NCBI GenBank assembly: GCA_963833575.1
Contig: CAWHXY010000007.1
Location: 320,001-384,000, forward strand
DNA from: Candidatus Bathyarchaeota archaeon
Lineage (GTDB): Archaea; Thermoproteota; Bathyarchaeia; Bathyarchaeales; Bathycorpusculaceae
DNA length: 64,000 nt
Direction of reading: 5' to 3'
The notes beneath the pieces are model-generated. The model searched no databases and was not told where the DNA came from. It saw only the letters and a list, made by a program, of their open reading frames with translations. This document shows, piece by piece, positions 20,415 through 30,948 of the stretch. How positions within the stretch are numbered: the stretch's first letter is position 1; every line of letters starts with the position of its first letter. The position numbers and the translations under genes were made by a program.

Positions 20415-21566
20415 TTATATGGGAACGGGTGGTGGAGCTCCAATCGGGACTTCAGATTTTTTGTTTCGGGAAAAGATCAGGCTTGTGGACTTAACAATTT
20501 GGGGTACGCCTGCCAGATCTTCAAAAATTAGTAAACCGCGGGCCAGCAAAGCGAATGCGCCTGCTATTGGAGCAGCGACTCCAAGAAGCCCGAATATTCC
20601 AACAATACCAAATTCTTGTACGCCTATTCCAGCTGGAGTTATCGGTACGAAAGCTAAGGCAGTTACCAATGGGTGAATTAAGAAATATGCGATCCATGGT
20701 ATCTGTGTGATCCCTAAAGCAGTGCCCAAAAACCACCATTCAAAACCTTTTAGGATCCAACATGCGAGGGTTAAAATAACTATTTCCGGTATTGCTCTGC
20801 TTGTGCTGTTAGCGCTTACTTTATATTCTTCAAGTTTGCCCATTAAGCCGCCTGTAAATCTTTTAAGGTAACGGGAATTTGCAATTCGGTCAAATATTGA
20901 GATGGCTCTTTTGGACCATGTGAAGGCTGCAAGAATAATAGCTCCTGCCATCATTAAGCTAATTCCGAGTACTGCAATTAGTAATCCTACGTTTACTCCT
21001 ACGATTTGAGTGGGAAATATGTTGTTCCAGGTTTGTGTTGGCACAAACTCCACTAAGTAAATTATAGCGCCTACCCCGCCGACTACTTTGATTAGAAATT
21101 CAAATGTTTGAATGCCAAGAACGCTTGAGAGACTTTTTGATGTCGGCACATCCTGATCTCTGAGGTAAACTGGCGTGAGAATGTAGCCTGAACGCCCCGG
21201 CGTGACATCGCTAGTTAACATGCCGGCATACTGTGCAAGCAAAGTTTTTCCGAAAGATGTTTTTACTTCGTTTTTACTGAGTACCCGTCTTAGTCGCACT
21301 GTGAAAAGAAGGTTTATTCCAAAGTACATCAGAAAAGCGAGGAGCAAATATTCAATCTTTATTGTAAGAATTGTGGTGTAGATATAGTCAACACCTTTTA
21401 GAATTGTCGGTTCTCCGGGTTTGAAGGATGATGGAACAGTTGTCCCAATATAATAAAGTAGTCCGGCCAAAATCGCTACCATGAAGACAACTTCAAGACC
21501 AATCCTTAGTATTTGCCTTGAACGAGGCGATTTTTTCTTCTTGCTCGCTAAATCTGGAGTTGTCAA
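20415..21566 (-). CDS. UPF0104/lysylphosphatidylglycerol-synthase-TM (flippase-like) membrane protein
   Basis: SDVTPGRSG, PITPAGIGVQE, multiple TMs; likely TTG start at 21566. Confidence 0.85.
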   Translation of the reverse strand: MTTPDLASKKKKSPRSRQILRIGLEVVFMVAILAGLLYYIGTTVPSSFKPGEPTILKGVDYIYTTILTIKIEYLLLAFLMYFGINLLFTVRLRRVLSKNEVKTSFGKTLLAQYAGMLTSDVTPGRSGYILTPVYLRDQDVPTSKSLSSVLGIQTFEFLIKVVGGVGAIIYLVEFVPTQTWNNIFPTQIVGVNVGLLIAVLGISLMMAGAIILAAFTWSKRAISIFDRIANSRYLKRFTGGLMGKLEEYKVSANSTSRAIPEIVILTLACWILKGFEWWFLGTALGITQIPWIAYFLIHPLVTALAFVPITPAGIGVQEFGIVGIFGLLGVAAPIAGAFALLARGLLIFEDLAGVPQIVKSTSLIFSRNKKSEVPIGAPPPVPI

Positions 21567-21651
21567 AGTGCATTCAACATCTATTTTGAATGTTAAATGT
21601 ATTGCGGAAAAACAAAACCAAATCAACAATCCATGGTTGCGAAAATTCCCG

Positions 21652-21846
21652 TTATGGTCTTACACATTCGGCTTTTGGTCTGGGTTGGCGTTTGGTTGTT
21701 CTTTTGCGGTTATGGTATTCGCATTCATTAATTCTTGTTAGCATCCATCCTTTATCTTGGTAGACGCATCCGCAGGGTAATCTTACTGTTTTTTGCCCTA
21801 AAGTTTTCTCTACGTTCTCTTTTGCATCAGCCATTCTTTCAGCCAT
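21652..21846 (-). CDS. Small Cys/His metal-binding hypothetical protein
   Basis: LPCGC...ECEYH, basic tail; C-terminal part of the 21652..22164 ORF. Confidence 0.5.
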   Translation of the reverse strand: MAERMADAKENVEKTLGQKTVRLPCGCVYQDKGWMLTRINECEYHNRKRTTKRQPRPKAECVRP

Positions 21847-22022
21847 TAAAGTTTCATAGCGAAATCGTAATATTAACTTTAAGAATTTAGTTGTGAGAAT
21901 TCTATTAGAAGAAAAAAAATAGCTCGCGTTGAAATGAACAGTTACTAAAAGTGAGGAGCGCAAGAATTTTGATAAATATACCTTAAATCTATAATTCTTA
22001 AATACGCCAAAACTTCCTGTTA

Positions 22023-22961
22023 ATGAGAGCCAAGATGAAAATTCGACGCATTGCCGTTTGTTGCGCCATATTCCTAATGCTGTTAATGCTCCTTCCAATT
22101 TACAAAGTAAATTGCCAGAACTACGTTGAATATTCGGTTCAAATAAATAGCGATGGCTCAGCATTATGGAAAATAACTAGTTTCTCCGATGTTAATGCCT
22201 CTATAGATACCTTAAACACTTTTCAAAACAAAGTTTCAAACCTTGTCAATTCAGCGTCAGCTGCAACAAATCGAGATATGTCAGTAAATGAAGATTCACT
22301 GCAAATAAACACAACAATATCATCTGAATCTAAAACGACTGAATACTCTTTTCTATGGCAAAACTTCAGTATGATTCAAGGTAATCAGATAATTTTTGGT
22401 GATGTTTTCCAAGTTAGTGGTTTCTTTAGCCAACTTTATGGCGATGCTGCTCTAAAAATAAATTATCCATCAACGTTTAGCATTAAGTCAGTTACTCCTG
22501 CACCTTATCAACGTGATGATGCAGCTAAAATGTTGGACTGGGCTAGGACCCAGGACTTAGTTAATAGTCAAACAAACATTATTTTGACACAGACTTTTTT
22601 GAATAACTCCAATCAAAATGGGTGGCAACAATATATCATTATCATAGCTGTTGTAGCTGCTGTTAGTGTCACTTTATCTTTTGTAGGTCTCTACAGATTA
22701 AAACGACGCAAGCAATCACCTTCAACTACGGTGATTCCTGTTGAATTTGCGGAAGCAGAAACCGAGGAAGGCAAAATCTTGAAACTGCTCAAAACTTCAG
22801 GGGGCAGTGTCCGCCAGTCAGCAATTGTGGACCAATGTAGGTTTTCTAAAGCTAAAACAAGTCAGCTTTTGACTCTTTTAGAAAAAAAGGGTATTATAAC
22901 AAGGTATAAGAGGGGGAGAGACAAAATAGTGAATCTTACTGAACGGGAAAAAAGTGAATAA
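22023..22961 (+). CDS. Membrane-anchored regulator: extracellular beta domain, TM, cytoplasmic wHTH
   Basis: Signal peptide, TM near aa 200-225, GGSVRQSAIV...FSKAKTSQLLTLLEKKGII. Confidence 0.8.
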   Translation: MRAKMKIRRIAVCCAIFLMLLMLLPIYKVNCQNYVEYSVQINSDGSALWKITSFSDVNASIDTLNTFQNKVSNLVNSASAATNRDMSVNEDSLQINTTISSESKTTEYSFLWQNFSMIQGNQIIFGDVFQVSGFFSQLYGDAALKINYPSTFSIKSVTPAPYQRDDAAKMLDWARTQDLVNSQTNIILTQTFLNNSNQNGWQQYIIIIAVVAAVSVTLSFVGLYRLKRRKQSPSTTVIPVEFAEAETEEGKILKLLKTSGGSVRQSAIVDQCRFSKAKTSQLLTLLEKKGIITRYKRGRDKIVNLTEREKSE

Positions 22962-23745
22962 AATGATGGCCCCGATCAAATTAAATTCAAATAAAGTTAT
23001 CGTTATTTTATTTTCTGCTGCACTTTTGTTTTGCTTTATTAGTGCCGTTTCAGCGCAATCAAGCACCGTAATGGACGCGCACGCATCTATCACTCAACCT
23101 ACCGTTGGCAGCTCCTTAACAGTTACTCTTACAATATCAAATGTCCAAAACCTCGCTGGCATAGATACTACTCTTACTTGGAATCCGTCAGTTCTTACTC
23201 TCACAAATAGTGTCCTTAACTTAGGAGATTCTCATTCTATTGGTGTCCTTCATGGAAGCAAACTAAATACCGATTCCAATAATCTAAATTCAGGCGACAT
23301 TTATGTTCAAGAAACAAAAGTTTCAGGCAGCTACCATCTCGTAGCACAGGCGATTGGGGCCTCAAACCCTGGGTTCACTGGAAGTGGAACAATAGTAACT
23401 CTTACCTTTAGCGTCGCTGTCTCGGGGTCCGCTGGTCTAAGTTTACTGACTGATCTGGCAGATCATCCTGCATCTGGATCAACCTCTAATCTGCTTGATC
23501 ATCAGGATACAGCTGATACAGTAACCGCAGTTGTTTCAGGTTCTTCAAGTACCCCAACTTCGGGATCATCGAGCACACCAACCCCTGCGACTCCAGAATT
23601 TCCAAACATAACCATACTAATTGTACTAATCGCCATCACAACAAGTGCAATGGCTCTTGTAGCAAAAAAGCTGAACAAAAACAATTTTGATCCAAATCCC
23701 TATTCTTTAGCGACTAATTCAACATTCGAAATACTTCTAAAATAG
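22954..23745 (+). CDS. Cohesin-like domain surface protein with PEF-CTERM-type sorting signal
   Basis: NVQNLAGIDTTLTWNPSVL, GSGTIVTLTF, S/T/P linker, PEFP-TM-KK. Confidence 0.8.
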   Translation: MNKMMAPIKLNSNKVIVILFSAALLFCFISAVSAQSSTVMDAHASITQPTVGSSLTVTLTISNVQNLAGIDTTLTWNPSVLTLTNSVLNLGDSHSIGVLHGSKLNTDSNNLNSGDIYVQETKVSGSYHLVAQAIGASNPGFTGSGTIVTLTFSVAVSGSAGLSLLTDLADHPASGSTSNLLDHQDTADTVTAVVSGSSSTPTSGSSSTPTPATPEFPNITILIVLIAITTSAMALVAKKLNKNNFDPNPYSLATNSTFEILLK

Positions 23746-23874
23746 TCAATGAAAACTCTTCATTCAATTCTGATATTCATGTATGCAGGAATTACCCAAA
23801 ATTTTTGAAGCGAAACACTTAAGTGTGGAGAATATGTAGTTTTGTCTTAGATTAAAACTAGGATGTAGAACCAA

Positions 23875-24435
23875 TTGGCTGTTGAAGGTTTTTTCGAAAA
23901 CAAAAAGACACCAGTAGAAGCAAAAGTCGGCGACTTAACCCCACAATCTAAAGCGGTTAACGTTACGGCCAAAGTAGTATCTAAAACAGAAGTTCGTGAA
24001 ATTCCAATGGGTCGAGACGGATCCGCACACAAAGTGAGTGATGCGCTCGTCGGAGATGAAACAGGAGTAGTTTACCTGACACTTTGGGATGACAACATTG
24101 AAAAAGTCAACGAAGGCGATACTGTCCGCGTAGAAAACGGTTATGTAACGCTGTTCAAAGGCAACATACGCTTAAACATCGGCAAATACGGCAAACTTGA
24201 ACCAGCAAAAGAACCACTTGCAGTAGAAGTTAACACAGAAAACAATGTTTCCAGCAAAACATACGAGCAAGAAAGACGCCCATTTAGAGGCGGACGAGGA
24301 TTCGGCGGCGGAGGATACGGCGGCGGCAGAGATAGACGAGGCGGCGGAGGATACGGCGGTGGCGGCGGCGGTTACGGTGGCGGTCGAGGTGGAGATCGTC
24401 GCGGTGGCGGCGGCGGTTACAGACCAAGATACTAA
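23875..24435 (+). CDS. ssb: Single-stranded DNA-binding protein (single OB fold, crenarchaeal type) with RGG-rich tail
   Basis: VGDETGVVYLTLWD, VENGYVTLFKGNIRLNIGKYG; Gly/Arg/Tyr tail. Confidence 0.88.
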   Translation: MAVEGFFENKKTPVEAKVGDLTPQSKAVNVTAKVVSKTEVREIPMGRDGSAHKVSDALVGDETGVVYLTLWDDNIEKVNEGDTVRVENGYVTLFKGNIRLNIGKYGKLEPAKEPLAVEVNTENNVSSKTYEQERRPFRGGRGFGGGGYGGGRDRRGGGGYGGGGGGYGGGRGGDRRGGGGGYRPRY

Positions 24436-24535
24436 ACGCTCAAACCTTAAATTAGAATTCCTTTTTTTGCTTTTTATCATTTCTAATAAAAAAAATCCAT
24501 TTCATTGTTTAACCCGCGTTTTTTGTGTATAAATT

Positions 24536-24680
24536 AAAAACTTTTGTTGATTATTTTTGACTTTTCTAACCTCTTATTGCCTTAATTTGCCTTTTACGGA
24601 CTTTTGTTGCCTCAACTTGCAGGAAACACAAGCCCTAAATTAAGAAGGCAATCTAAAACAAGCTGCTCAATTTTGCACCC
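24536..24680 (+). repeat. Dispersed intergenic element copy C (diverged): decamer array plus core
   Basis: CTTTT-type motifs every 10 bp from 24541; core caacttgcaggaaacacaagccctaaat...aatctaaaaca in register with copy A. Confidence 0.7.
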
Positions 24681-24817
24681 AAAAAATTCAATCAATGGTA
24701 CTAACAGAAAAAATTCGAATTTTCTCATCATTGTTTTTTAGTAAATGAGATTTGCTAAATGGAACCTTTAAAATCATCTTTAGTATCTGTTTTCGCTTAA
24801 CAGGAGATCCAATTGTA

Positions 24818-26197
24818 ATGGTTGCCAAAAACAATGAAGCTAAACAAACTGTTGATGAATTACTTGCGAAAGCTAAAAAGCCAGCACGATTATCGCCTCC
24901 AATGCACAAGTTTTATGAAGGAAAACTGCAGGTTATCCCAAAGTGCGCCATTCGAAGTGTTGATGACTTTGCTATTTGGTACACTCCAGGTGTTGCTGCT
25001 CCATGCAAGATGATTCAAGCTGACCCAGACAAATCATTTGAACTTACTAACCGGTGGAATTATGTGGCAGTGGTTTCTGACGGAACACGGGTGCTGGGGT
25101 TAGGCGATATTGGTCCTGAAGCGGCATTGCCTGTGATGGAGGGTAAAGCACTCATATTCAAGTATCTGGGAGGAGTCGACGCATTTCCTATTTGTTTAAG
25201 AACCAAAGACCCTAATGAAATTGTTAATATTTGCAAGGCTCTTGAGCCATCTTTCGGCGGAATTAACCTTGAAGATATCGAGAAACCTAAATGCTTTCGC
25301 GTACTTGAAAATGCCAGAGAGCAACTGAATATTCCTGTCTGGCACGATGACCAGCAAGGAACAGCAACTGTAATCTTAGCTGGATTAATCAACGCATTCA
25401 AAATCGTAGGCAAAAAACCCCAAGAAAGCCTGATAACATTGGTAGGTTCAGGAGCAGCTAACATTAGAACAGCATATGTGCTTATGAAATGGGGGGTTAA
25501 ACCAGGCAACATCATACTGGTGGACAGCAAAGGCATAGTCTATGCTGGCAGAAGAGACATAACAAAAGAAGAAGACCCATGGAAATACGATGTCACACAA
25601 AAAACTAATGCTGAAGGCAGAACCGGTGACGTTGCAGACGCGTTCAAAGGAGTCGATGCAGTTGTCGCAGCTTCAAAACCAGGTCCTGACACCATCAAAA
25701 AAGAGTGGATACGAACCATGGCGCAAAACTCAATAGTCTTTGCATGTGCTAACCCAATACCTGAAATCTGGCCATGGGATGCTGAAGAAGCAGGAGCTCG
25801 AATTGTAGCGACCGGCAGAAGTGATTTTCCCAACCAAGTGAACAATAGCCTAGGCTTTCCAGGAATTTTCCGCGGAGTCTTAGACGTTAAAGCAAAAACT
25901 ATTACTGATGACATGTGCATTGCTGCCGCTCAGGAACTTGCAAGTTATGCTGAAGAAAGAGGCATTACCGAAAAGGATATTTTGCCTCGAATGGATGAGT
26001 GGGAAGTTTTTCCAAGGGAAGCTGTTGCATGTGCATTAAAGTCAATCGAGCAGGGTGTTGCGCGGGTGAAACCGAGTCGGGCAGAGTTATATGAGCGTTC
26101 ATCCGATATTATTCGAAATGCACGGCAGTCCACAGAATTATTGATGAAGCATGGCTTAATTAAGAAGCCTCCAGCAGAAAGCGATCTCCTAAAATAG
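24818..26197 (+). CDS. NAD(P)-dependent malic enzyme
   Basis: YTPGVA, DGTRVLGLGDIG, PVMEGKA, INLEDI, HDDQQGT, ATGRSDFPNQVNN. Confidence 0.95.
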   Translation: MVAKNNEAKQTVDELLAKAKKPARLSPPMHKFYEGKLQVIPKCAIRSVDDFAIWYTPGVAAPCKMIQADPDKSFELTNRWNYVAVVSDGTRVLGLGDIGPEAALPVMEGKALIFKYLGGVDAFPICLRTKDPNEIVNICKALEPSFGGINLEDIEKPKCFRVLENAREQLNIPVWHDDQQGTATVILAGLINAFKIVGKKPQESLITLVGSGAANIRTAYVLMKWGVKPGNIILVDSKGIVYAGRRDITKEEDPWKYDVTQKTNAEGRTGDVADAFKGVDAVVAASKPGPDTIKKEWIRTMAQNSIVFACANPIPEIWPWDAEEAGARIVATGRSDFPNQVNNSLGFPGIFRGVLDVKAKTITDDMCIAAAQELASYAEERGITEKDILPRMDEWEVFPREAVACALKSIEQGVARVKPSRAELYERSSDIIRNARQSTELLMKHGLIKKPPAESDLLK

Positions 26198-26299
26198 GTT
26201 TTACGCGTCCAAAATATTTTTCAATCAGTAGCAGATTTCAGCCAAAACCGTAACTAAGAATGGGATAAAAATACATAACAACTTGAAAACAAAAAAGAA

Positions 26300-26569
26300 T
26301 TAAAGAGGAGTTATTCTGACTATATTTCTCTTTTCGAGCCTTCGCAACGCATCTAAGCATTCATCTTTCTTTTCACCAGTGATGTTTAGGTTTAGCATTA
26401 TGTCTTTGACTGAAACTTCCGCTTTCCCAAAGTTTTCATTTCGCTTATAGAGGTGTCGGACAATTGATTTTTCCAGCTTACCGCATCGCCAAGTTGTGTT
26501 CCGCATTAAAATAACGATGGTTCGAACAAGTGTTTGCTCATTAGATTTTCTACCACGAGATTCTCCCAT
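26300..26569 (-). CDS. Small basic hypothetical protein, wHTH-like
   Basis: Upstream GGGGAG; 'DALRRLEKRNIVRI' wing-like end. Confidence 0.65.
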   Translation of the reverse strand: MGESRGRKSNEQTLVRTIVILMRNTTWRCGKLEKSIVRHLYKRNENFGKAEVSVKDIMLNLNITGEKKDECLDALRRLEKRNIVRITPL

Positions 26570-26668
26570 CTCTCCCCACCAATATAATCAACCTACTACA
26601 GGGTTTTTAAACGTTTGTTCCTTTTCCAAAAATCGCGTCTCAATTTGAGCTCGCTTGTTAATTTGTTT

Positions 26669-27118
26669 CTAGAGAATTTTTTTCAAATACAAGCCATGCG
26701 CTTTTCCATAATATTTTTCCAATCTGCCGATTTTTTGATATCCGCTGTTTTCGTAAAGTTTTAATGCAGCTGAGTTGTCTTCGCGAACTTCAAGGTGGCA
26801 TTCGCTTAAGCCTTTTTGTTTAAGAATAGCTTCTATTTCTTGCAACATCTTTCTTGCGATTCCTTTCTTTCGAAAAGCTGGTACAACGTTTATCGTTATT
26901 ATGTGTCCAAACAGTGTGTCATTTTCAATTTCTATCTGCGCTAATATGAAACCTGCTATTTCGCTGTCCAGTTTGGCAGCTAGGGCGATTGTATTGTAAT
27001 CTGATAATAAGTAGGCTATTTGCCGTTTGGTAAAGGCTTCCTGGTCAAAACACTGCTCTTCAATTTTGAATAACTTATCGAGTAATTTTACGGAAGCTGT
27101 CTCAATTCTTATTTCCAT
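26669..27118 (-). CDS. rimI: RimI-like N-acetyltransferase
   Basis: GHIITINV..FRKKGIA, LEVREDNSAALKLY, KYY. Confidence 0.88.
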   Translation of the reverse strand: MEIRIETASVKLLDKLFKIEEQCFDQEAFTKRQIAYLLSDYNTIALAAKLDSEIAGFILAQIEIENDTLFGHIITINVVPAFRKKGIARKMLQEIEAILKQKGLSECHLEVREDNSAALKLYENSGYQKIGRLEKYYGKAHGLYLKKIL

Positions 27119-27136
27119 TTTTTTCCTTAATAGCAA

Positions 27137-28216
27137 TTATAGCGGAGGATTAATTTTAGTTTTTTCTGTATTTGTTTCGCCTGAGATTGCAGGTTTCAGT
27201 TCAAGCCATTGTTGAGATACAAAGCCGATGAAGAAACGGAACCACAAAGTTATAATTCTTGTTAGGATGGTGGCAGTGGCAGCTAATGGTCCGTAAATAC
27301 CCATTGAAATGTAGAGTGTGGTCATTACGGCTTCTGGAAGACCAACCTCAAAGGGTACGCCTATTGGTATCGCTTTTACTGCTAAAAATATGGCTGAAGT
27401 GACAATAATTATGCTCAAAGAAACTGGGTGCCCTAGAGACAAAAACACAAGGTATGGAACACTTAAGCTGAAAAACCATGAAATAACCAAATAGAATATT
27501 GAACCTCCTATTGCCGTAGGAGAATGCTTGAACTCTTTCATTGCTTCGTGGAAATGCTCTGAAATTTCCACTGCTTCTTCTTTTAATTTTTCAGTCTTAA
27601 ATCTTCCAAACGTAATTTTATGCGCAAGATTTGCTAAGGAATTGATCACTTTTAATGTCCATTGCTGCTTGAAACCTAAAATAATCATTAAGCTCATTAT
27701 TGCAATTATTGCAACGGCCACTAGTATAATTGCATTGAAGACTAATGGGTTAACATTTCCACCAAAAGTAAGCAGAGTTATTCCCGCGACTAATGCAACA
27801 ACGTTTAGCGCCATCCCCAGAATTCTGTGAGTGTAAAGTGAGGCCACAACTTTTCCAAATGGACCACACTTATCTCTAGTGCACAAGTACGTGCGGGTTA
27901 CTTCTCCACTTATGGATTGCGCTGGGACGATAGTGTCAACATAGATTCCATACCAAACGTAAAGGTAGGCTCGGAAAAAGGGTATTTTAATGGACAAGTG
28001 GTTTGTTAATACTCGCCAAGAAAATGTGAAAAACAAAACATCCAACATGCCGAATATTATAGCTATTATGTAGATGGTAGGGTCAGCGCTTTTTGCGGTT
28101 GATAGAATGCCAATAATATCAACGTGAAAGAGGTAAATGTAGATGAAGAACCCAAATAGACCCAGTAGCGGGAATACGGCTGTTTTCCAACTTAGTTTTG
28201 GTCTAGTAGGTTGCAT
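27137..28216 (-). CDS. UPF0104 flippase-like membrane protein
   Basis: DTIVPAQSISGE, PFEVGLPE, TRIITLWF. Confidence 0.85.
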   Translation of the reverse strand: MQPTRPKLSWKTAVFPLLGLFGFFIYIYLFHVDIIGILSTAKSADPTIYIIAIIFGMLDVLFFTFSWRVLTNHLSIKIPFFRAYLYVWYGIYVDTIVPAQSISGEVTRTYLCTRDKCGPFGKVVASLYTHRILGMALNVVALVAGITLLTFGGNVNPLVFNAIILVAVAIIAIMSLMIILGFKQQWTLKVINSLANLAHKITFGRFKTEKLKEEAVEISEHFHEAMKEFKHSPTAIGGSIFYLVISWFFSLSVPYLVFLSLGHPVSLSIIIVTSAIFLAVKAIPIGVPFEVGLPEAVMTTLYISMGIYGPLAATATILTRIITLWFRFFIGFVSQQWLELKPAISGETNTEKTKINPPL

Positions 28217-28429
28217 TTGGACTTGTTACTCCATTTTGAAGGGTGAGATACATTTATGCAATTATATACTTTACCCAAATCCAAACTCGCAATGACGAAT
28301 AAAAACTAATTACTCAACTATTTTCTGGTTACAAGAATGTTTGTAATTTCCTTATTGAATAACCAAGTTAATTTGTTAGTAACCTTTTAATTTACTCAAA
28401 GTACTAAGCATAAAAAAGGTTGACGCAAA

Positions 28430-30202
28430 TTGAACGATGAAGGCACATGCTCAAAACCAGAATGCGACAAATTCATAGCAATAAACGAGTTAGCCCGCAG
28501 GCGAGGATTCTTCTGGCCATCTTTCGAGATTTATGGTGGCAGCGGTGGCTTTGTAACTTACGGTCCACTTGGTGCAAGGTTGAAACAAAATATTGAGGCT
28601 AAACTCAGAGAGATTTTCGTAAAAAGAATTGGTATTTACGAAATGGAATCGTCTGTAATTGCGCCTAGCAAAGTTTTCGAGGCGTCAGGGCACATCGATC
28701 ATTTCAAGGAGCCTATGGTTGAATGCCAAAATTGTCATACTCGTTTCCGAGCTGATCATTTGCTTGAAGAAAAAGGCATCAGTTCAGCTGAAGCTGAAAA
28801 GATGACTTTAACTGAGATTAAAGACGAGATTGACCGTCATGGTTTTGTTTGTTCTGACTGCGGCGGCAAATTCGGAGAGCCTCAACGCTACTTAACCATG
28901 TTTGAAACAACAATTGGTCCTTACTCGGGCTCAGTTGGTTATGGTAGACCAGAGGCTGCGCAGAATATTTTTGTCGAGTTCAACAGGCTTTACACTGTTG
29001 CTCGCGAAAAGCTTCCTTTCGGGGCAATCCAGATAGGTCACGCTTTGCGAAATGAGATTTCGCCAAGGCAGGGCTTAATTCGTCTTAGAGAGTTTACAAT
29101 TTCCGATTTAGAGTTCTTTTTCGATCCTGAAGAACCTTGCTGCCGCTTTCTTTGTGAAGTAGAAAATGAAGTGTTGCCCATTTTGCTATGTGAAACTCGT
29201 CTGAAAGAATGCGAGGAGACAACAAACCTAACAGTCAGAGAAGCGCTTGATCGAAAAGTAATCCGATCCGAATGGCAAGCTTTTTTCATGGCAATAGCAA
29301 AGCAACTTCTTATCGAACTTGGCGTACCCGCAGAAAAGCAGCGTTTTATCGAAAAACTCACATGGGAAAAAGCGCATTATTCTAGCCAAAGCTTCGATCA
29401 AGAGGTCCTGGTCGACCGATGGGGTTGGGTAGAGGTCTCAGGACATGCTTACCGCACGGATTACGATTTATCTTGTCACATGAAAGCCAGCGGTGTTGAC
29501 ATGACGGTTTACAAGGAATATGCTAATCTAATTGAAAAAGAGGAGTTAGTTGTTAAGCCTATTATGGCCAAACTTGGTCCAATGTACAAAGGTGAAGCAG
29601 CAAAAGTAGCTGCATTGTTGTCTAAAGTTCCAGCACAAGAAGTTGTTGATTCCATGCAGAAGCAAGGCTCATTTATGATTGAAAACTATCAGATACTGCC
29701 TGAGCAAGTAGATATTAGTCGTCAAAAAATGGTTGTTCGTGGCACCAGATTTGTTCCCCATGTTGTGGAGCCCAGTTTTGGATCTGACCGTCTCTTTTAC
29801 GTTGTATTAGAATACGCTTACGGTGTCAAAGACAATCGTGTTATTATGAGTTTTCCCAGAAGCATATCGCCAATTCAAATTGGCGTTTACCCATTGATGA
29901 GCAAAGACGGCTTAGACACTAAAGCATTTGAAGTGCACAGACAATTGGCATGCGAGGGTTTTATGGTCGAACTTGACGAAGCAGGTTCCATCGGCAGGCG
30001 CTATGCAAGAGCTGATGAGGCGGGCGTTCAACTTGGACTAACTATTGATTATACTACGTTGGAAGACGGAACAGTCACTCTACGAGACCGTGACAGTTGG
30101 CTTCAAGTTCGGACATCAATAAAAGATCTACCGCAACTGCTACAGAGTTATTTCCAAGGAAAAATCAACTTCAAAGATTTAGGAACATTAATTGAAAGTT
30201 GA
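28430..30202 (+). CDS. glyS: Glycine--tRNA ligase (alpha2, archaeal/eukaryal type)
   Basis: RRGFFWPSFEIYGG, RPEAAQ, RNEISPRQGLIRLREF, EPSFG, SIGRRYARADE. Confidence 0.97.
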   Translation: MNDEGTCSKPECDKFIAINELARRRGFFWPSFEIYGGSGGFVTYGPLGARLKQNIEAKLREIFVKRIGIYEMESSVIAPSKVFEASGHIDHFKEPMVECQNCHTRFRADHLLEEKGISSAEAEKMTLTEIKDEIDRHGFVCSDCGGKFGEPQRYLTMFETTIGPYSGSVGYGRPEAAQNIFVEFNRLYTVAREKLPFGAIQIGHALRNEISPRQGLIRLREFTISDLEFFFDPEEPCCRFLCEVENEVLPILLCETRLKECEETTNLTVREALDRKVIRSEWQAFFMAIAKQLLIELGVPAEKQRFIEKLTWEKAHYSSQSFDQEVLVDRWGWVEVSGHAYRTDYDLSCHMKASGVDMTVYKEYANLIEKEELVVKPIMAKLGPMYKGEAAKVAALLSKVPAQEVVDSMQKQGSFMIENYQILPEQVDISRQKMVVRGTRFVPHVVEPSFGSDRLFYVVLEYAYGVKDNRVIMSFPRSISPIQIGVYPLMSKDGLDTKAFEVHRQLACEGFMVELDEAGSIGRRYARADEAGVQLGLTIDYTTLEDGTVTLRDRDSWLQVRTSIKDLPQLLQSYFQGKINFKDLGTLIES

Positions 30203-30274
30203 GAGCTACCTTTTTTAATAAACACTTGTTAGATACAATGTTAAATTAGGGATGGTTATTAGCGGGGGAACAAA

Positions 30275-30934
30275 ATGGTACTTCCATCAGAAACAGAAGA
30301 ACGCGTTAAGAGGAGAGCTCTGAACGTTTGCAATGACAATTTGCGGAAAGTCGTAGATGTGTCAAGAAAAATCCCTCAACTCGTAGAGTATTTTGCGAGT
30401 GGCGACAAAGAAAACGCAAGAAAACTCTTGAGCGACATAAGAACAGGTGAAGAAGAAGTCATTAAGGCGAGACGCTTGGTTTCTCAAGAACTAGCTGAAA
30501 TAGGTGCCATTCTAATTGCTCGAGAAGACTTCTTAAGATTCACAAATTTGTCAAGCGAAATAGCTGATTTTTCAGAAGGCATAGCATATTACATAGTTGA
30601 AATAATGGAGCATAACTGGTGTATTTCATCCGATGTCAAAAAAGATCTGCTCAAACTCTCTGTTGCTGTCTTAGATACCGTGCTTAAACTTAGGGAAACA
30701 ATGATGGTTCTTAACTATGGATCGCAGAAAACCTTGGAAAAAGCTAAAGATGTGGAAATCGCTGAGCGCATAGTGGACGACCAATACCGAGCATTAACCA
30801 TAAAAGTGCTTAACGGCAAACTCGACGTCTCAGTACTGCTGCTTCTAAGAGACGTCCTTCAATTGCTTGAAAACTCCGCTGACAAAGCTGAAGACGCAGC
30901 AGATGCCGCCCGAATGCTTTCCTTCATTATGTAA
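30275..30934 (+). CDS. DUF47/PhoU-like helical protein
   Basis: REDFLR, EIAERIVDD, LENSADKAEDAAD. Confidence 0.85.
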   Translation: MVLPSETEERVKRRALNVCNDNLRKVVDVSRKIPQLVEYFASGDKENARKLLSDIRTGEEEVIKARRLVSQELAEIGAILIAREDFLRFTNLSSEIADFSEGIAYYIVEIMEHNWCISSDVKKDLLKLSVAVLDTVLKLRETMMVLNYGSQKTLEKAKDVEIAERIVDDQYRALTIKVLNGKLDVSVLLLLRDVLQLLENSADKAEDAADAARMLSFIM

Positions 30935-30948
30935 CAAGAGCGACTACG

